From positions 144,956,001 through 145,020,000 of the forward strand of contig OX597817.1 in the NCBI GenBank assembly GCA_951406725.2: 64,000 bases of DNA, read 5' to 3'. Shown in pieces: positions 35,860-50,246 of the stretch (position 1 is the first letter of the stretch; each line of letters starts with the position of its first letter). Origin of the DNA: Octopus vulgaris (taxonomy: Eukaryota). The position numbers were made by a program, and so were the translations under genes. A model generated the notes under the pieces. The model saw only the letters and a list, made by a program, of their open reading frames with translations. It was not told the origin of the DNA and searched no databases.

Positions 35860-36250
35860 TAGGTGCAGGTGTGGCTGTGTGGTAAGAAGCTTGCTTCCCA
35901 ACCACATGGTCCCAAGTTCAGACCCACTGTATGACACCTTAGGCAAGTGTCTTCTACTACAGCCTCAGGCTAATCAAAGCCTTGTGAATGGAATTGGCAG
36001 ACGGAAACTGAAAAAAGCCTGCCGCGTGTGTGTGTATGTGTGTGTGTGTGTGTGTCTGTACCCAATCATCACTTGAGAACTGGTGTTGGTGTATTCACGT
36101 CCCCTGCAGCAAAAAAGACTGATAGAATTAGTACCAGGGTTAAAAAAACAGAAATATGTAGTGGGGTTGATTTGTTTGACTAAAGTTCTTCAAAGCAATG
36201 CTCCAGCATGGCTGCAGTCTGATAATTGAAACAAATAAAAGATAAAAGAC
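35860..36250 (+). mobile_element. SINE family A
   Basis: Head, (TG)n centre and tail present. Confidence 0.85.
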
Positions 36251-37703
36251 ATGCATTTTCTTCCTTGGTTTATGATTTGATATTCAAACTTTTAATAGCT
36301 TTGAGATTTATCTAGAAGTGATTATCTCCCTTGCAATCACTGGCCTCCAGGGTGCACCACATGTCTATTATTGTTTTAAAGAAAAACAATTGTTCCACCT
36401 ACAGGTAACTATTTATAACAATATAACATACTTTATGGGATTTGAGAGACAATTTGGCAGGATGTATAAATGTTATTTCTTTCATGGAGCATATCAACAG
36501 CAGTTTTCTACTCGCATCACATCAGTTCCTCTCACGGTTCTGGGCCAATAATGAACCAATAAAAGAGCAGAATATCTCCTGCAAAAATCTGCAGAGGTTC
36601 TGCTGTAGGTACAAAAAAACAGAAAACAAAAAAAAAAAAAAGAAAGATAGATAGATAGAAACCAGGATGTAGTTTTATGAAGAATATAGGGTTTGAGCAA
36701 GATCTGTCAGAGTTAAGAGAGGGATGTCATCTTGGTGCCAGTAATCTAATTTTCTATTTTCAGATCTATGATTCTAGTACTTAGGAATTCTTGTTATTAT
36801 AACCTCTTGTAATTACATGTGTGTTATTGTTGCTGCTGTACTTATTGCTGAATAATTTTTTTGTTGTATTGTTGTTTATATATTTGCATTGTTGTTTATA
36901 TTTTTTGTTGTTTCTATGAATCAGTTCCTTGAATATATTACGACACAGCCTCAGCCTCCTAGCTTTACAAAACTTGCTATTTTATTATTATTACATTACA
37001 TATCTTATTTTTATAATGAGATCCATTTAAGTGTTACCGTGAAATTCAACAGGTGCTTTTGATTTTATGAATACCAAAGAAGAAAGAATGAGATCCATAA
37101 ACCAGGAAGGGTGGAATTGTTGGTTAAAATTGGCGTAGATTATATTTAGATTAGATTGTGGGTTGGTGAGAAGTTGTGAACTGTAATGGAATTCCAAAAT
37201 AGATGTAGTTGTAAGGATGGGTGGTGGTGGTGGTGGTGGTGAAAGCCTATTAGTGTGAAGTGAATGAAACAGAAAAACTTGATTGATTACAGACTCTTGT
37301 AGAATGTTTCTTAGAATCTGAATCAGAAATGGTTCTGCTAACACATGGTAGCAACAACATCATAGAAGAGCCATTAGTTCTATTTTATCTTTTTATTGTT
37401 ATTAGTCAACTAGTTTAACCAGTTAACTAATCAACTGTTTGATTAATTCTTCCATCAGTCAATTAATCAACTTGGTTTGTCAGAGCTCCATTGATTAATT
37501 CTTAATCAATTTGGTTTGTCAGAGTTCCATTGTCACCATTCACAACCTCATCAATGATATGCCCTTTTTCTCCAGGTCTTATGGATACTCAGTACTATTT
37601 AGTAGAATACATATAACTTCTACAAAGTGTAAAGGTTGACAGTCTGATGACTGTCACTACAAACTTTTTCCTTGTTAGAGAGAGAGAGAGAGAGAGAGTG
37701 TGT

Positions 37704-37940
37704 GTCACAGTATCAGCCAGACCATCAGATGGCGTTATGCACTGCTGGTCAGCTGGTCACAATGCACTTCCAATTCTGTCTTGATTGTGCCAATCTTTTC
37801 CATCATGACCCAAATTGCTTAACTAGATCATCTTTCCATCATCCTGGGGCCCTTCCAGGTGGTCCTTTCTAATCTATTGGATACTATTTGGCAACTTCAA
37901 AAGTCCACCTGTTGTCTGTGAATTTTGTGCCACATCATTC
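37704..37940 (-). mobile_element. Degenerate RTE-clade LINE ORF end (second RTE family)
   Basis: Minus strand, with stops: ..TDNRWTFEVAK*YPI..GPPGRAPG*WKDDLVKQFGS*WKRLAQSRQNWKCIVTS, matching the RTE C-terminal DNRWT...GRP..RW.DD...W...A..R..W pattern. Confidence 0.65.
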
Positions 37941-38289
37941 ACTCTGCTCTGTTCTTGAATTATCTCCTTCCGAATATGCTCTCATAATGATATTTCTAGC
38001 AGGGACCCACTACCATCTGATATGTGGGAGCAGTACATAATTAGGACTCAGCAAATGAGGGCTGAAGTATTCTCTGGCTCTGAGGAGCAACACAGCTCTT
38101 GTGGTGGGGGAGTGGGGGGTTGTTGTTTTTTTGGTAAGATTGTCAAGAAGAATATTCAGTGACTGTCAGGCATAGAAATTGTAGTGACATTCAGTTGGTG
38201 AGTTGGAGATGTTTCATCATTTGTAGCATCTAAAAGGATCACCAAACAATTACTAAACGTATTTTATATATTAATGACTGCTGTATTAT

Positions 38290-39390
38290 TATTATTTTTC
38301 TTCGTCTGTCTTTACATTCTGTTCGTCTGTCTTTATGTTCTGAGTTCAAATTCCGCCAAGGTCAACTTTGCCTTTCATCCTTTCGGGGTCGATTAATTAA
38401 GTACCTGTTGTGTACTGGTGTCTATCTAATCAACTGGCCCCCTCCCCTAAAATTTCGAGCCTTGTGCCTAGAGTAGAAAAGATTATTGTTATTTTTGTTA
38501 CACATTTCTATGTAAGTTCTTACAATCCTTCGTTCTTGTATTGTCCAAAATGTTTTTGCTGCCTTTGAGGCCAATGAAGACTTATTATTATCGTTAAACG
38601 ATGATGATGATGATGATGATTATTATCCAGTAGTTTTATTTTTATAGCGTGCTTTCACTTCACTACCGAGCGTAGATTTGGGTGCCTCAGATATGTGCTG
38701 TGGTTTGCTGTGATGCTCTTATGGTTACTGTATTGAAAGTGTTTTGCGTAGGATGGGTGCAGTGCCCAGTAGTGCAATTTTCTGTATGTTATATATATTT
38801 GTAAGTCCTGGTGTTTTTGTTATGTATTTGTCTGAATATTTTTTTATCATACCTAATGCACCTGCGATGATAGGAATTGTTTCTGTTTTTAGATTCCACA
38901 TTTGAGTTACCTCTGTTTCCAGGTCTTTGTATTTTGAAAGTTTCTCCATTTCTTTTAGAGAAATTATTACTATTATTATAGTCGTTAGCACACTGGACAA
39001 AATGCTGAGCAGTATTTCGCCCGTTTCTACATTCTGATTTCAAACCTGCCTTTCATTTTTTCGGGGTCAATAAATTAAGTACCAGTGAAACACTGGGGTT
39101 GATGTAATCAACTATCCCCCAAATTTCAGGCCTTGTGCCCACAATAGAAAGGATTATTATTATGGTGGCAAGTTGGCAGATTCATTACCATGCTGGACAA
39201 AATACCTGCAGACATTTCTTCTGGCTTTACTTACTAAGTTCAAATTCTGCTATGATTGACCATGTTTTTGCCTTTCACCTTACCAGCACCAGTAAAATAA
39301 GTACCAATCGAGCACTAGGGTAGATATAATCAGTTAACCCTTTCTTTCATAATTGCTGGCCTTGTGCCAAAATTAGAAAGAACTATTATT
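38290..39390 (+). mobile_element. Cluster of SINE family C copies in (ATT)n, surrounding the R4/Dong fragment
   Basis: Copies at ~38290-38490, ~38980-39160 and ~39163-39390. Confidence 0.75.
38628..38962 (-). mobile_element. R4/Dong-clade LINE 3' end
   Basis: ISLKEMEKLSKYKDLETEVTQMWNLKTETIPIIAGALGMIKK...IQKIALLGTAPILRKTLSIQ* plus 3' UTR; (TAA)-like repeats on both sides. Confidence 0.85.
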
Positions 39391-40731
39391 ATTTCAACCA
39401 GCAAGAAATAGTATAAAAATATATTAGTTTTTACCAATGCTTTGTAGCCAATTTATTTAATTCTTCCAATGATATTTGTATAGTTTATTGGTATTGTTGT
39501 TGTTGTTGCAGTTTGCATCTTCAACAGAGTCTTTGTCAAATAATCATTATGTTAATGATTAAACATTTATTTTCTAATTTCCTAGAATTTTAATAGGATG
39601 CAACACAAGAATTGTTACAGCTTTTTATTTGGCTGTTTAGAGTGTTTTTTTATGTGTGTGTGTGTGTGTTTCATTTTGTTTTTCCATTGTAAACATTATT
39701 AGAAAACATGAACTGAGGTAAAAACCCAGATGTAAGTTATTTTTGTAAAATATTAATTATGTATTGAGATGCAGATCGCAAATTTGATCGCGGATATTTT
39801 AAAATTCATAATTGCATAATGTATTATATTGATTTCTTGCAAACACAATGTTATGTTTAGGTTTTCTTTGATAGGGAAGGCAAATGGTATCACATTTGTG
39901 TTTTCCATAAGTGTATTGATTTTTAACACTGGCACAAGGCTGCTCTAATTTTTAGGAATGGGTTTTGTTTATTAAATCAACTCGGTACTTGACTGGTACT
40001 TTATACTTCAATTCCTGGAAGGGTGGAAGACAAAATCACCTTAGTAACAGAAATGAAGTAAAATGGCCTTTTAATTATAATATTGGTTTCATGTATTTTT
40101 AATATGAACCGGGGTGTTGGAGGACTTGGAAATGTCATGAATATTGACCCCTCATTAAAACCAAAAAAGTGGCCCTTGGAGAATTTCTATGGACAGGATG
40201 TCTGTCCATCACAATGTTAACTCCAAGCTATTGCTGGTACTCATTGTAAGCTGATTGGACTGAAGCATTTTAAAATGAATTGTCTTGTCTAAGAATTGAA
40301 ACCATGACCTTATGATCATGAGCCCAAAACCCTAATCACTCAACTGCAGGTATATTGGATATGGGTACTTCCTTGGCATAAACTGGAGTTGTTTTCAGCT
40401 AAAACCACATGAAGCAGTGTTGAATAAAATATATTTGCATAAAGTTATATTTAACATACTTTATGTGAGAAGACCTTTCCCCGAAGAAAGAGTCATGAGA
40501 GAAAATTCTCCACTTAGACAATATATATGTGACAGCACACTGAGGTACTTTTGCCATTAAGAAATTGGGTTATCTCCCCACTAAAAAGCTAAGCTTATAT
40601 GCCAACAAGAGATTGGATTAAGAGGTCTTAGATCTTTTTCATTCAGTACTTCAACACATTGTTATCTATTGGCCTCCTCAATAGGCATGGTATGATTTGT
40701 TATAAAAATGTTATCAGATTCAATAAGAGGA

Positions 40732-41157
40732 ATAGGAGTGGTTGTGTGGTAAGTAGCTTGCTTACCAACCACATGGTTCCGGGTTCAGTCTCACTGCATG
40801 GCACCTTGGGCAAGTGTCTTCTACTATAGCCTCAGGCCAACCAAAGCCTTGTGAATGGATTTGGTAAATGGAAACTAAAAGAAGCCCGTCATATATATGT
40901 GTGTATGTTTGTGTGTGTGTGTGTGTGTGAGTATGTATGTATATGTTTGTGTGTCTGTGTTTGTCCCCCCCAACATCGCTTGACAACCGATGCTGGTGTG
41001 TTTACGTCCCTGTAACTTAGCAGTTCAGCAAGAGAGACTGATAGAATAAGTACTAGGCTTACAAAGAATAAGTCCTGGGGTCGATTTGCTCAACTAAAGG
41101 TGGTGCTCCAGCATGGACGCAGTCAAATGACTGAAACAAGTAAAAGAATAAAAGAAT
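40732..41157 (+). mobile_element. SINE family A (full length)
   Basis: Near-consensus head, (TG)n centre and tail. Confidence 0.9.
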
Positions 41158-42303
41158 ATTCAATAAGATGTTTAATTTTTTTCACTTTTTATCTTTATTA
41201 ATTTTTCATTGTTTTTTGTTTTTGTTTTATTGAGGGTTAAACAATTTTTTTTAGTTAGGGGAGATAAATCAATTTTTTTAATGGGTGTAAGATAACCAAA
41301 ATGTACCTACCCACACTGATTGTGAATGACATCATTAGAGTATTGGACTCATGTATTTCTGTGTTGTTATGTGTCATCAGCTATAAATACCAACTTATGC
41401 TTACAAAGAATAAGTCCTGGGGTCGATTTGACCAACTAAAGGCGGTGCTCCAGCATGGCCACAGTCAAATGACTGAAACAAGTAAAAGAGTAAAGAGTAT
41501 AGTATGTTGGTACTATTAACCACAGGTATGTTGGTGCCATATATTGACCCTGTCTTATCAAATAAGACAGAGACAGTCCAGACAGAGTTTGAATGTGACA
41601 GAGTGAGACATGGCAACATGATAAACAAAGCCATCTAATTCACTCACTGCCTCACTGTCTCAAGCCAACTCTAAACTGTCTTCTCTGATGTTTTTCTTCA
41701 TGTCTGAAGGTTGGTGATGATCCGTGGTGATAAGTAGGAAAAGTAAACAAACCTATCAACATTTGATGGGATGAAAACAAATTCGTTTATCTGCCTGACA
41801 TTTCTCTTGAGTGACTGATGGAGTGATCCGTTTCAGTGACCAGGGTCAACGTTCACTTGGAGTTGAGGCATTTCGCTTGGGTGGAATTAGACTAGATTCA
41901 ACAAGAGGTGTTGAAAAGGGGTGTTTAGTAGAAAGAAATGAAAGACCTACTGTATCAGATTTGTTGAAATGATGTAGAATCTGTCTTTTAGATGTGATTT
42001 TTGTCTTATATAGTTTATGGTCTGATGTTTCTCTCTGTTTTTTGTTTTCTTTAGGACAGAAATTTTTTTATGAGTAGCTATTTACATGACTGAGGTAAAA
42101 ATAGATTCGAGTGTGTGTGTGTTCAGATGAATATGGTACTTAAGTTAAAGGCACCAGAATTTGGTATGGTATTATCCATATAAATCAAATGGGGTGATTA
42201 TAATAAAAAAAAACTGATGTAATACTTACATTGTTTAATTAAAGGAAGTACCATGAAACGATTATATTACATTACCTTTGGATATCCTTGTTGCTTATTT
42301 TGA

Positions 42304-42339
<36 letters not shown>

Positions 42340-43102
42340 CTGTCTAAGTCCTGGAGTCAAATTGATCGACTAAAGATAGTACTCCAGCATGGCCATAATC
42401 AAATGATTGAAATAAATAAAAAGGATATATGTACATGTGTGTGTATATATATTTATATATATGAGTATATATATATGTGTGTGTGCATAAATGTGTTTGT
42501 GTGTGTGTGTAGTTATATTTAAACAGAAGCACTTTTGGAATAGAAGCCCAGATGTTCATTGATCTTGATTATTTTGACAGATTGGCAAAGTACATGCTAT
42601 TATTTCACTAATAGCTTTTACTACCACAAAAAAAAAATTACAGAATGAAGGAGTGTATCTTGCTGTGTACACTATTTCACCAATTTCTGGTGTGTGAAAA
42701 AAAAAAAAAACTATATTTCACAAAATAAAAGAAATAGTTGCTTCCTAAACGTAACTCTTGTAGCATTTGGTTAGTGACTCACCATTACAAGACATGTCTA
42801 GTGATGTGACATAATGTTCTGTCTCCTGTTTCACCAAGAATTCATTCAATATTTATCAGTTATGTTAAATTCTTTATAGTTTGTTTTAATTTAGTGTCTT
42901 GTTATTGAAACTAATTGGAGCTAATTTCCTAATTAATATCATGTTGTATCCAAACCAAAGTTAATTTCAGACACATGGTGTTCTGCATCTTTTATGTTTT
43001 ACTTGTTTCAGTCTTTGGATTGTGGCCATGCTGGGGCACTGCCTTGAAGGGTTTAATTCAATAAATGAACCCCAGTACTTATTTTTAAGTCTGCTACTTC
43101 TA

Positions 43103-43327
43103 TTGGGTTGTCCGGAAAGTTTGTGCCGATTTATAGTAGCTTACCTTTCGACTTACCCTCCCAGGCACCTCAATTCTGGGAAGAGGATATTTTCAAGTTA
43201 AAGGAAAGATGGAGACGCATTGTGCAACAAAATGGTTCATATTTGGTTGATTAAAAATGTTATGGCAAGTATTTATTGACCTTTTTCTTCCCTTTAAAAA
43301 TCAGCACGAACTTTCCGGACAACACAA
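43103..43327 (+). mobile_element. Mariner MITE with transposase C-terminal remnant, nested in a minus-strand SINE A (42988-43550)
   Basis: TA TSD (43101-02 / 43328-29); TIRs ttgggttgtccggaaagtttgtgccgattt / aaatcagcacgaactttccggacaacacaa; internal SQAPQFWEEDIFKLKERWRRIVQQNGSYLVD*. Confidence 0.85.
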
Positions 43328-44719
43328 TATTTCACCAAACTACTAAGACACAGGAATGTAAACAAACTAACATCAGTTGTCAAGCAGCGGTGGGGCACAA
43401 ACACACACACACAGAACAGTCTTTTGCATAGTTTCCATTTACGAAATCCAGAGCCCTAGTAAAGGCACTTGCCCATGGTGCCACACAGTGGAGTTGAACT
43501 TGAAATCATGGGGCTGCAAAGCAAGCTTCTTAACCACACAGCCATGCCTATTCCTAAAAACGTTTTTCCCTTTTAATAACCACATCTTTATTTGTTGAAT
43601 TATTCAAAACCTTGCATATTCAAATATCCTCTTTTTTTTTCCTTTTTTTTTTCTTAAGCATGGATTTCTAAAACTTAAAATTCTTTCTATAAACAGCCAA
43701 GTTATATTTTCCCATGGAATCTTTCCAGTAATATTCCATATTTCTGTGGCTGTGTTCTTGTTGATATCATATTACCAAGATTTATTAGCATGACATTTTT
43801 TTTTATTTTTCTGTTTTTAGGTACATGATAATAATTATTGATTAATAAGATATTTCACATTGCAGAAGATTAATAACCATATTGTTTATTTGAGGAGTAT
43901 TTATTTAAATACTTTTTTTTGTTGACTTTTTATTGTTGATGTAGGATTTTAAATTAACTTGATCTCTAAACAGACAATGTTAATGGACAATAATTTGATT
44001 CAAAATACAAATAAATAAATAAACAGATGGAACTTAAAATTGTCCAAAAAAGAAATAAAGATTATTTCATTTAATTTTCATTTTTTTTATATATTTTTCT
44101 TAATAGCAAAAGTGATTATTTAATAAAAGATTTAATTAAAGTTTTAAATTTAACAAAAATGTTATTTGAATCAAAATAACAACAGGAAATATATTTATAA
44201 TATTTCATCATGTCTGGACAAATAATCTCAACAAAATCTCCAAGGAATGGTTCAAATTTGAGACTTGCCAAAAATGATAAATGTTCATGCTGGGCTGAAC
44301 GCTTCGCTGCATTTCCTCCATCTTTATGATCAGAGGTCAAATTCCTCTGAAGTCGACTTGGCTTTTCATCCTTTCGGGGTCAATAAAACAAGTACCAGTT
44401 GATGACAGGGGCTGATGTAATTGACTTACCTCCTCTCCAAAAAGTACTGGCCATGTGCCAAAAATTTGAAATCATCATTATTATCCTTATTATTATTATT
44501 ATTATTATTATTACCTATAGAAAATATGTAAATGAAAATAAAGTTTATTTGGTAGCTAAAAGATTATTGAATCTTTTGATACCCTATATGTCAAAATTAG
44601 CAACTCAGTTTTCAAATGCATAAGGAACATACAGACACACACACACAGACATACAAACGCTCTTTTATATATATAGATTAATACGTTTAGTGAAAATTAT
44701 TAATGAAATGAAAGCATAG

Positions 44720-45535
44720 TTGCAGGCATGGCTGTGTGCCTGCATCTATAGAAGTTCACTTTGCAACCAAATGGTTTTGGGTTCAGTCCCACTGTGTGGC
44801 ACCTTTGGCAAGTGTCTTCTATTATAGCCCCAGGCCAACCAATGCCTTTGAGTAAACTGAGTTCATGGAAACTGTGAGGGAGTTCATTGTGTGTGTGTGT
44901 GTGTGTTTATATTTGTATATGTGTGTCTTTGTGTTGTTTGTTCCCCCCCTCCATCACTTGACAACCACTGATGGTTTGTTTATGGCCCCCTAACTTAGCA
45001 ATTTGACAAAAAGAGTGGTACAGTAAGTACCAGGCTTTAAAATAAGAACTGGGATCAGTCTGTTTGACTAAACCTTTGAAGGCAGTGCCCCAGCATGGCC
45101 ACAATCCAAAGACTGAAACAAGTAACAGATACAAGATAGAATTTGTTAACATATAGCCATAGGAGTGGCTATGTGGTAAGTAGCTTGCTTACGAACCACA
45201 TGGTTCCGGGTTCAGTCCCACTGCGTGGCACCTTGGGCAAGTGTCTTCTACTATAGCCTCGGGTTGACCAAACTGAAAGAAGCCCATCGTATATATGTAA
45301 ATATATATATATGTAGGTGTGTATGTGTTTTTGCGTCTGTGTTTGTTCCCCCAACATCGCTTGACAACTGATGCTGGTGTGTTTACGTCCCTGTAACTTA
45401 GCGGTTCGGCAAAAGAGACCGATAGAATAAGTACTAGGCTTACAAAGAATAAGTCCTGGGGTCGATTTGTTCGACTAAAGGTGGTGCTCCAGCATGGCCA
45501 CAGTCAAATGACTGAAACAAGTACAAGAGAAAGAG
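44720..45535 (+). mobile_element. Two tandem SINE family A copies (older 44720-45140; younger 45158-45535)
   Basis: Two heads and two tails in direct orientation. Confidence 0.9.
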
Positions 45536-45924
45536 TATATGAGCCACATCTGGATAAAAGGTATCAACATTCTCAAATCTTTCTGTTTTTTTTCTTTTGT
45601 GATGGAAGATGTTCTTTTCAGGTACATTTACTCTAAGTTAGACACAATGAAGTCATTAGTCTTTTTATGGAGACACAAAACTCAGAATAGAATCTCAGCT
45701 TTTATTCTTTACTGAATCTTATTCAGCACATTGGTTTTATTTTAGACTCAAATTACGACCAGCATCAATTTTGCTTTTAATCAATTCTCTAGAATTCATT
45801 GAATAACTACAAGTGGGCCCACAAAATAGTAGCCATCTGAACCAACAAGGAAGGTACTATGTGGTTGTTCAACCTGCTAGAGATAGTAGCCATATCTCTA
45901 TAAAATAGCTCATTGCAACCTTAA

Positions 45925-46374
45925 CCCTTTCGATATCAACCCGGCTGAAACCGCCTCTGGCTCTGTAGTACAAATGTCTTGCTTTCATAAGTTTTGAATT
46001 AAAATCTTCCACCAAACCTTAGTCACAATTTATGTTCCTAACACTACCTTAAAGATAACTAAGTTTTTTTTTACTAAATACTTTGTTATATTTAAAATTA
46101 ATTGAAAGAAACACAAAGCATCTCAAAATAAATACAGTTACAAAAGGGTTAATCATTTTGATTTTGATTTTCATACCAACTCATCTGATATCACCCCTGG
46201 TTCAGTGATACAAAGTTTTTGTTTTAAAGTGATACAAATTAAGACCTTTCATGCAAACTTTAGGTTCCAAACACCAGCTTAATAACGACAAAGTTATTTT
46301 CCTGAATCCTTCATTAGTTCCGAAATTAATTGAAACAAAGGCACTGCATTTCAATAGAATTTGGGGAACGAGGG
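45925..46374. mobile_element. Two adjacent piggyBac-type MITEs
   Basis: TTAA-CCCTTT (45921-45930)...AAAGGG-TTAA (46143-46152), then a diverged relative ending aggg-ttaa (46371-46378). Further copies at ~26847-27070, ~30150-30280 and ~62358-62580. Confidence 0.8.
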
Positions 46375-47419
46375 TTAATATCAAATATTACATCTTATAT
46401 AATCATTTTTTTGTAGAAATTTTTCAATCTAAACATCTTTTTAAGTAGTTTATCCAATCTAAATCCTGTTTAAGGACCTAAATTATGTGTTCTGATGATA
46501 TACATAATAGAATTCTTCATAATGAAATTTTTATATTTTTTTTATTTATCTAATGCAATTGTTGCTCTGATAATGGCTCCTGTGTAGTACTTTAGTTTGA
46601 TGAGGTGTCAGCTTCCAATGAGAACTAATGTACTCAGGTATCTTGCCCATAATTGACTTCACTTTGACACTGTTGTGCTTCCTGCCATTATAACCCCTCC
46701 TCTATACCTTAATGCATTCTCCTTTCTTTCTCCCTCTTCCTCGTTCAGTTTCGCTCCCTCTCCCCTTTTCTCTTCTCCCCATATTAATATCTGTTCCCCT
46801 CCACTCATTAGAAAACCCCTCTCACTCTCTCTCTTCATCTAGCATTACCTCCCTTGTTGATTATTAGTGATGCTTCTCAGCTCTCTAACAACCAACTAAC
46901 TGCATGCATGCTTCATAACAAACAACAATAGAAAATAAAAAGTGTCAGGCCAGGTAGCAATACAGCACCATGTTTTCCTTTAGGAAAAAAGTATTAGTGT
47001 CTTGTTTTAAAAAGAAAATATTTAAAGGTAAGACAGATTGTGTGAAACAAATATTTACTGAGTCTGACAATGTGTACCTTTGGTAGTCCCCACTTATTGC
47101 TTTATATTGTCCTTTCAGTTGGTAAACTTTATTGAAATACTCCAAACACGAGAATCTGATCTGTTGTTGCAGTGGCAGTGGTGGAGGGAAGGGGGCAGAG
47201 GGGAAACTGTAAAGAGCTTATGTTGGCTTGTTGTATGGAGTTTTTAAGAGATGTTAATTATAAGGTTATTTCATATACTACTCTCGTCTTACTAACTCGG
47301 TAGCAGTAATTATACTTGTACTATTACTAAACACACCGCTTACCTTGTTGATGTAGGAGTGCGTGTAACTTGATACAACCCCCCCACCTTTGTTTCCTTT
47401 CTGTCACTATCTTTCTCTG

Positions 47420-47471
47420 TTTATGTGTGTATGTTTACGTATGTATGTATTTATATATTTGTGTGTGTGTG

Positions 47472-47502
<31 letters not shown>

Positions 47503-48080
47503 ATGTATGTATATGTTAATATTTATATATGTGTGTGTGTGTGTTTATGTATATGTTAATATTTATATGTGTGTGTGTGTTCAGATAATTTGTAGGCATG
47601 TTCTACTTTTACTATCTTCTAAGTTAACTAAGTAGTTCTCAAACTAACAGATGTAATTACATGATTAATATTTTGTGGGGTTTTTTTGTGTTAAAAATAG
47701 TTAAAGCAATTTTATTGATAATTTTTCTTTATCTTCTTTGACTGGACACACAGTAAATTTAAATAACTCCTGAAAGTGGACAAAAACAAATGTGTGTAAA
47801 TGCACATATGTATTTGTGTGTATAATATATAATACATAAACATACAATATAATTAATATAATGCACATAATGTGTGTATATATATATATACAAATGTGTA
47901 TATGCACATATGTCTATATTTGTATATATATATATATATATGCATATGTCTATATGTATGTATGTATGTATGTATATATATATGTATACATACATAAATG
48001 TGTATATGTTTATATATGTATATGTCATATATGTGTGTATGCACATGTGTATAATATATATGTATGTATGTTTGTGTGTG

Positions 48081-48130
<50 letters not shown>

Positions 48131-48140
48131 CATGCATATG
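47420..48140. repeat. Compound (TA)/(TG)/(CA) microsatellite field
   Basis: Direct inspection. Confidence 0.9.
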
Positions 48141-48617
48141 CATCTATAAATATTTTTTATGTGAAGTTATTTGTGAAAAAACAATTTGTGCTGTACAGAA
48201 GGATTACCCAATACTTGTTAATCAAGTATCTTCATCATCCTCATCATTTAATAGCCCTCAAAGTTTTAGCCTGTTTTTCTTTCATCAAATAGTCTCATGA
48301 TAGCAAAAGAGGTCAAAACTTCAAAGTTGCAAAACTTCAACTTTCTCCTTGTAAAAGTTAATAAATGTATACATATATTTATTATCTATGTATTTACCAG
48401 TGGGTGCTTTAAGGGAATCACGAAAGGACTGGTAGGAGGCCCAACCTTCTAAGTTCTTTTACAGGGCTCAGAAAAACTGAAGGATCGCTGCTATAAGTGT
48501 GTGAATCTGAGAGGGGAATGTGTTGAATAAAGTTATAATTATAACTGATCCTCTTGTATTTTCATGTATCCAAAGCCAGGAACTTTTCAGCACCCACCCC
48601 ATCGTGTAAATGTCTGC

Positions 48618-48649
<32 letters not shown>

Positions 48650-48965
48650 TGGCTCACATGTTTGTATATATGTGTGTACATGCATGTTGAAGAAATTGTC
48701 TTCTTTGATGAGATGACAACTTTTACTCACTAGGTTCTAACTTCTGTTACTTTAAGATGTATTAACATTTCTACCTCTGTGTAGTCACACCTGAGGGAAA
48801 GATCGACACCTATTTATACACACACACATACTATGTGCAAGGGTAGACATAATTTTCCATAGAAGTTCAGCCAAACTGGGCCAGTAATGCTGGTTCCTCC
48901 CACTTCCCCTATTGTTTTGTCTTCAGCAGCTGTTTTTGTTGATTGGCCCATTCAATGATTATATC

Positions 48966-49033
<68 letters not shown>

Positions 49034-49053
49034 TCACACACATACTTATCGTC

Positions 49054-49087
<34 letters not shown>

Positions 49088-49289
49088 TTATATATGTATG
49101 TATAATATATATTTGTGTGTGTGTGTGTGTATATATAAATACATGATCATTTGTCCAACAAAATATATTTTGTTAGACTAGTGCTTATGGATTAAATGGT
49201 TATTCACTCAGAGACTTATCTTTGAGTTCTTTATTCTTAGTGACAAAACATAACTTCTTTGAACTTGTCACTCGCTGGAATACATACAC

Positions 49290-49322
<33 letters not shown>

Positions 49323-49353
49323 CACACATATTGTACTAATTATTCTCTTAATC

Positions 49354-49418
<65 letters not shown>

Positions 49419-50246
49419 CCACAGTTCTGTCAATCTATCTCTTCTTTGTCATTTTTTCATTCTCTTTTTTTTAGCTCTTTCTTCCTCCCTCCCTCTCTCT
49501 CTCCCCCTCAATAGTGTTTTCTTAGGATACTCAACGTTTGAAGTATATTTTTTGTGTGAATATTAACAATTGCGTGTGTGTGTGAGACAAATGGATTGTG
49601 TGTGCGTTTGAGAGAACAAGAGAGAGAAAGAAGGAGTGTAAAATAGCCATGGGATGTTTGAGTGTATGTGTGTGCGTGTGAGGGAAAGGAACAATGCATA
49701 AGAGAAAAGAACACTGTGTGTGTGTGTGTGTGTGTTTGAAAGAGAAAGAAACTGTGTGTGTGTGTATGTAAAAGGGAAAATAACTGTGTGCGTATGTATT
49801 TGATTGCATGTGTGCACGCGTGATTGCCTAAGTTGATGCACACCTTTGCCACCAACATTACTAATGCTTGTTGCTGCACATATGTTCGCGGGTGTCTGTG
49901 TTTGTGTGCAGATGTATGCATGCAGATGCACGATTGCACAAGATTTCATGTCATGACCAATGCTATTGTCAACACCGTCTCTACTACCGCCACCACCGGC
50001 ACTAGCATAACAACCTATCCGATCACCACCACTGCAACTACCACCACCACCACCACTGCAACCACCACCACCACCATCACAGCTAATATTTTCTATGGAC
50101 ACTACTAGTAACGGCATAGTACCATTGTCGTTGTGTCTGCTACAACTACCACTACAAACAAACACCACAACTGCAATCATCTCAACCACTGCAGTGACTA
50201 ATACCACAGGTACCGCCATCACTCCCAACACCACCACTTCCATCAC

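Noticed and set aside
41812-41973. Open frame TDGVIRFSDQGQRSLGVEAF... as a candidate exon
   Set aside because: No resemblance to MAGI domains, weak acceptor, ends in a stop, no clear donor.
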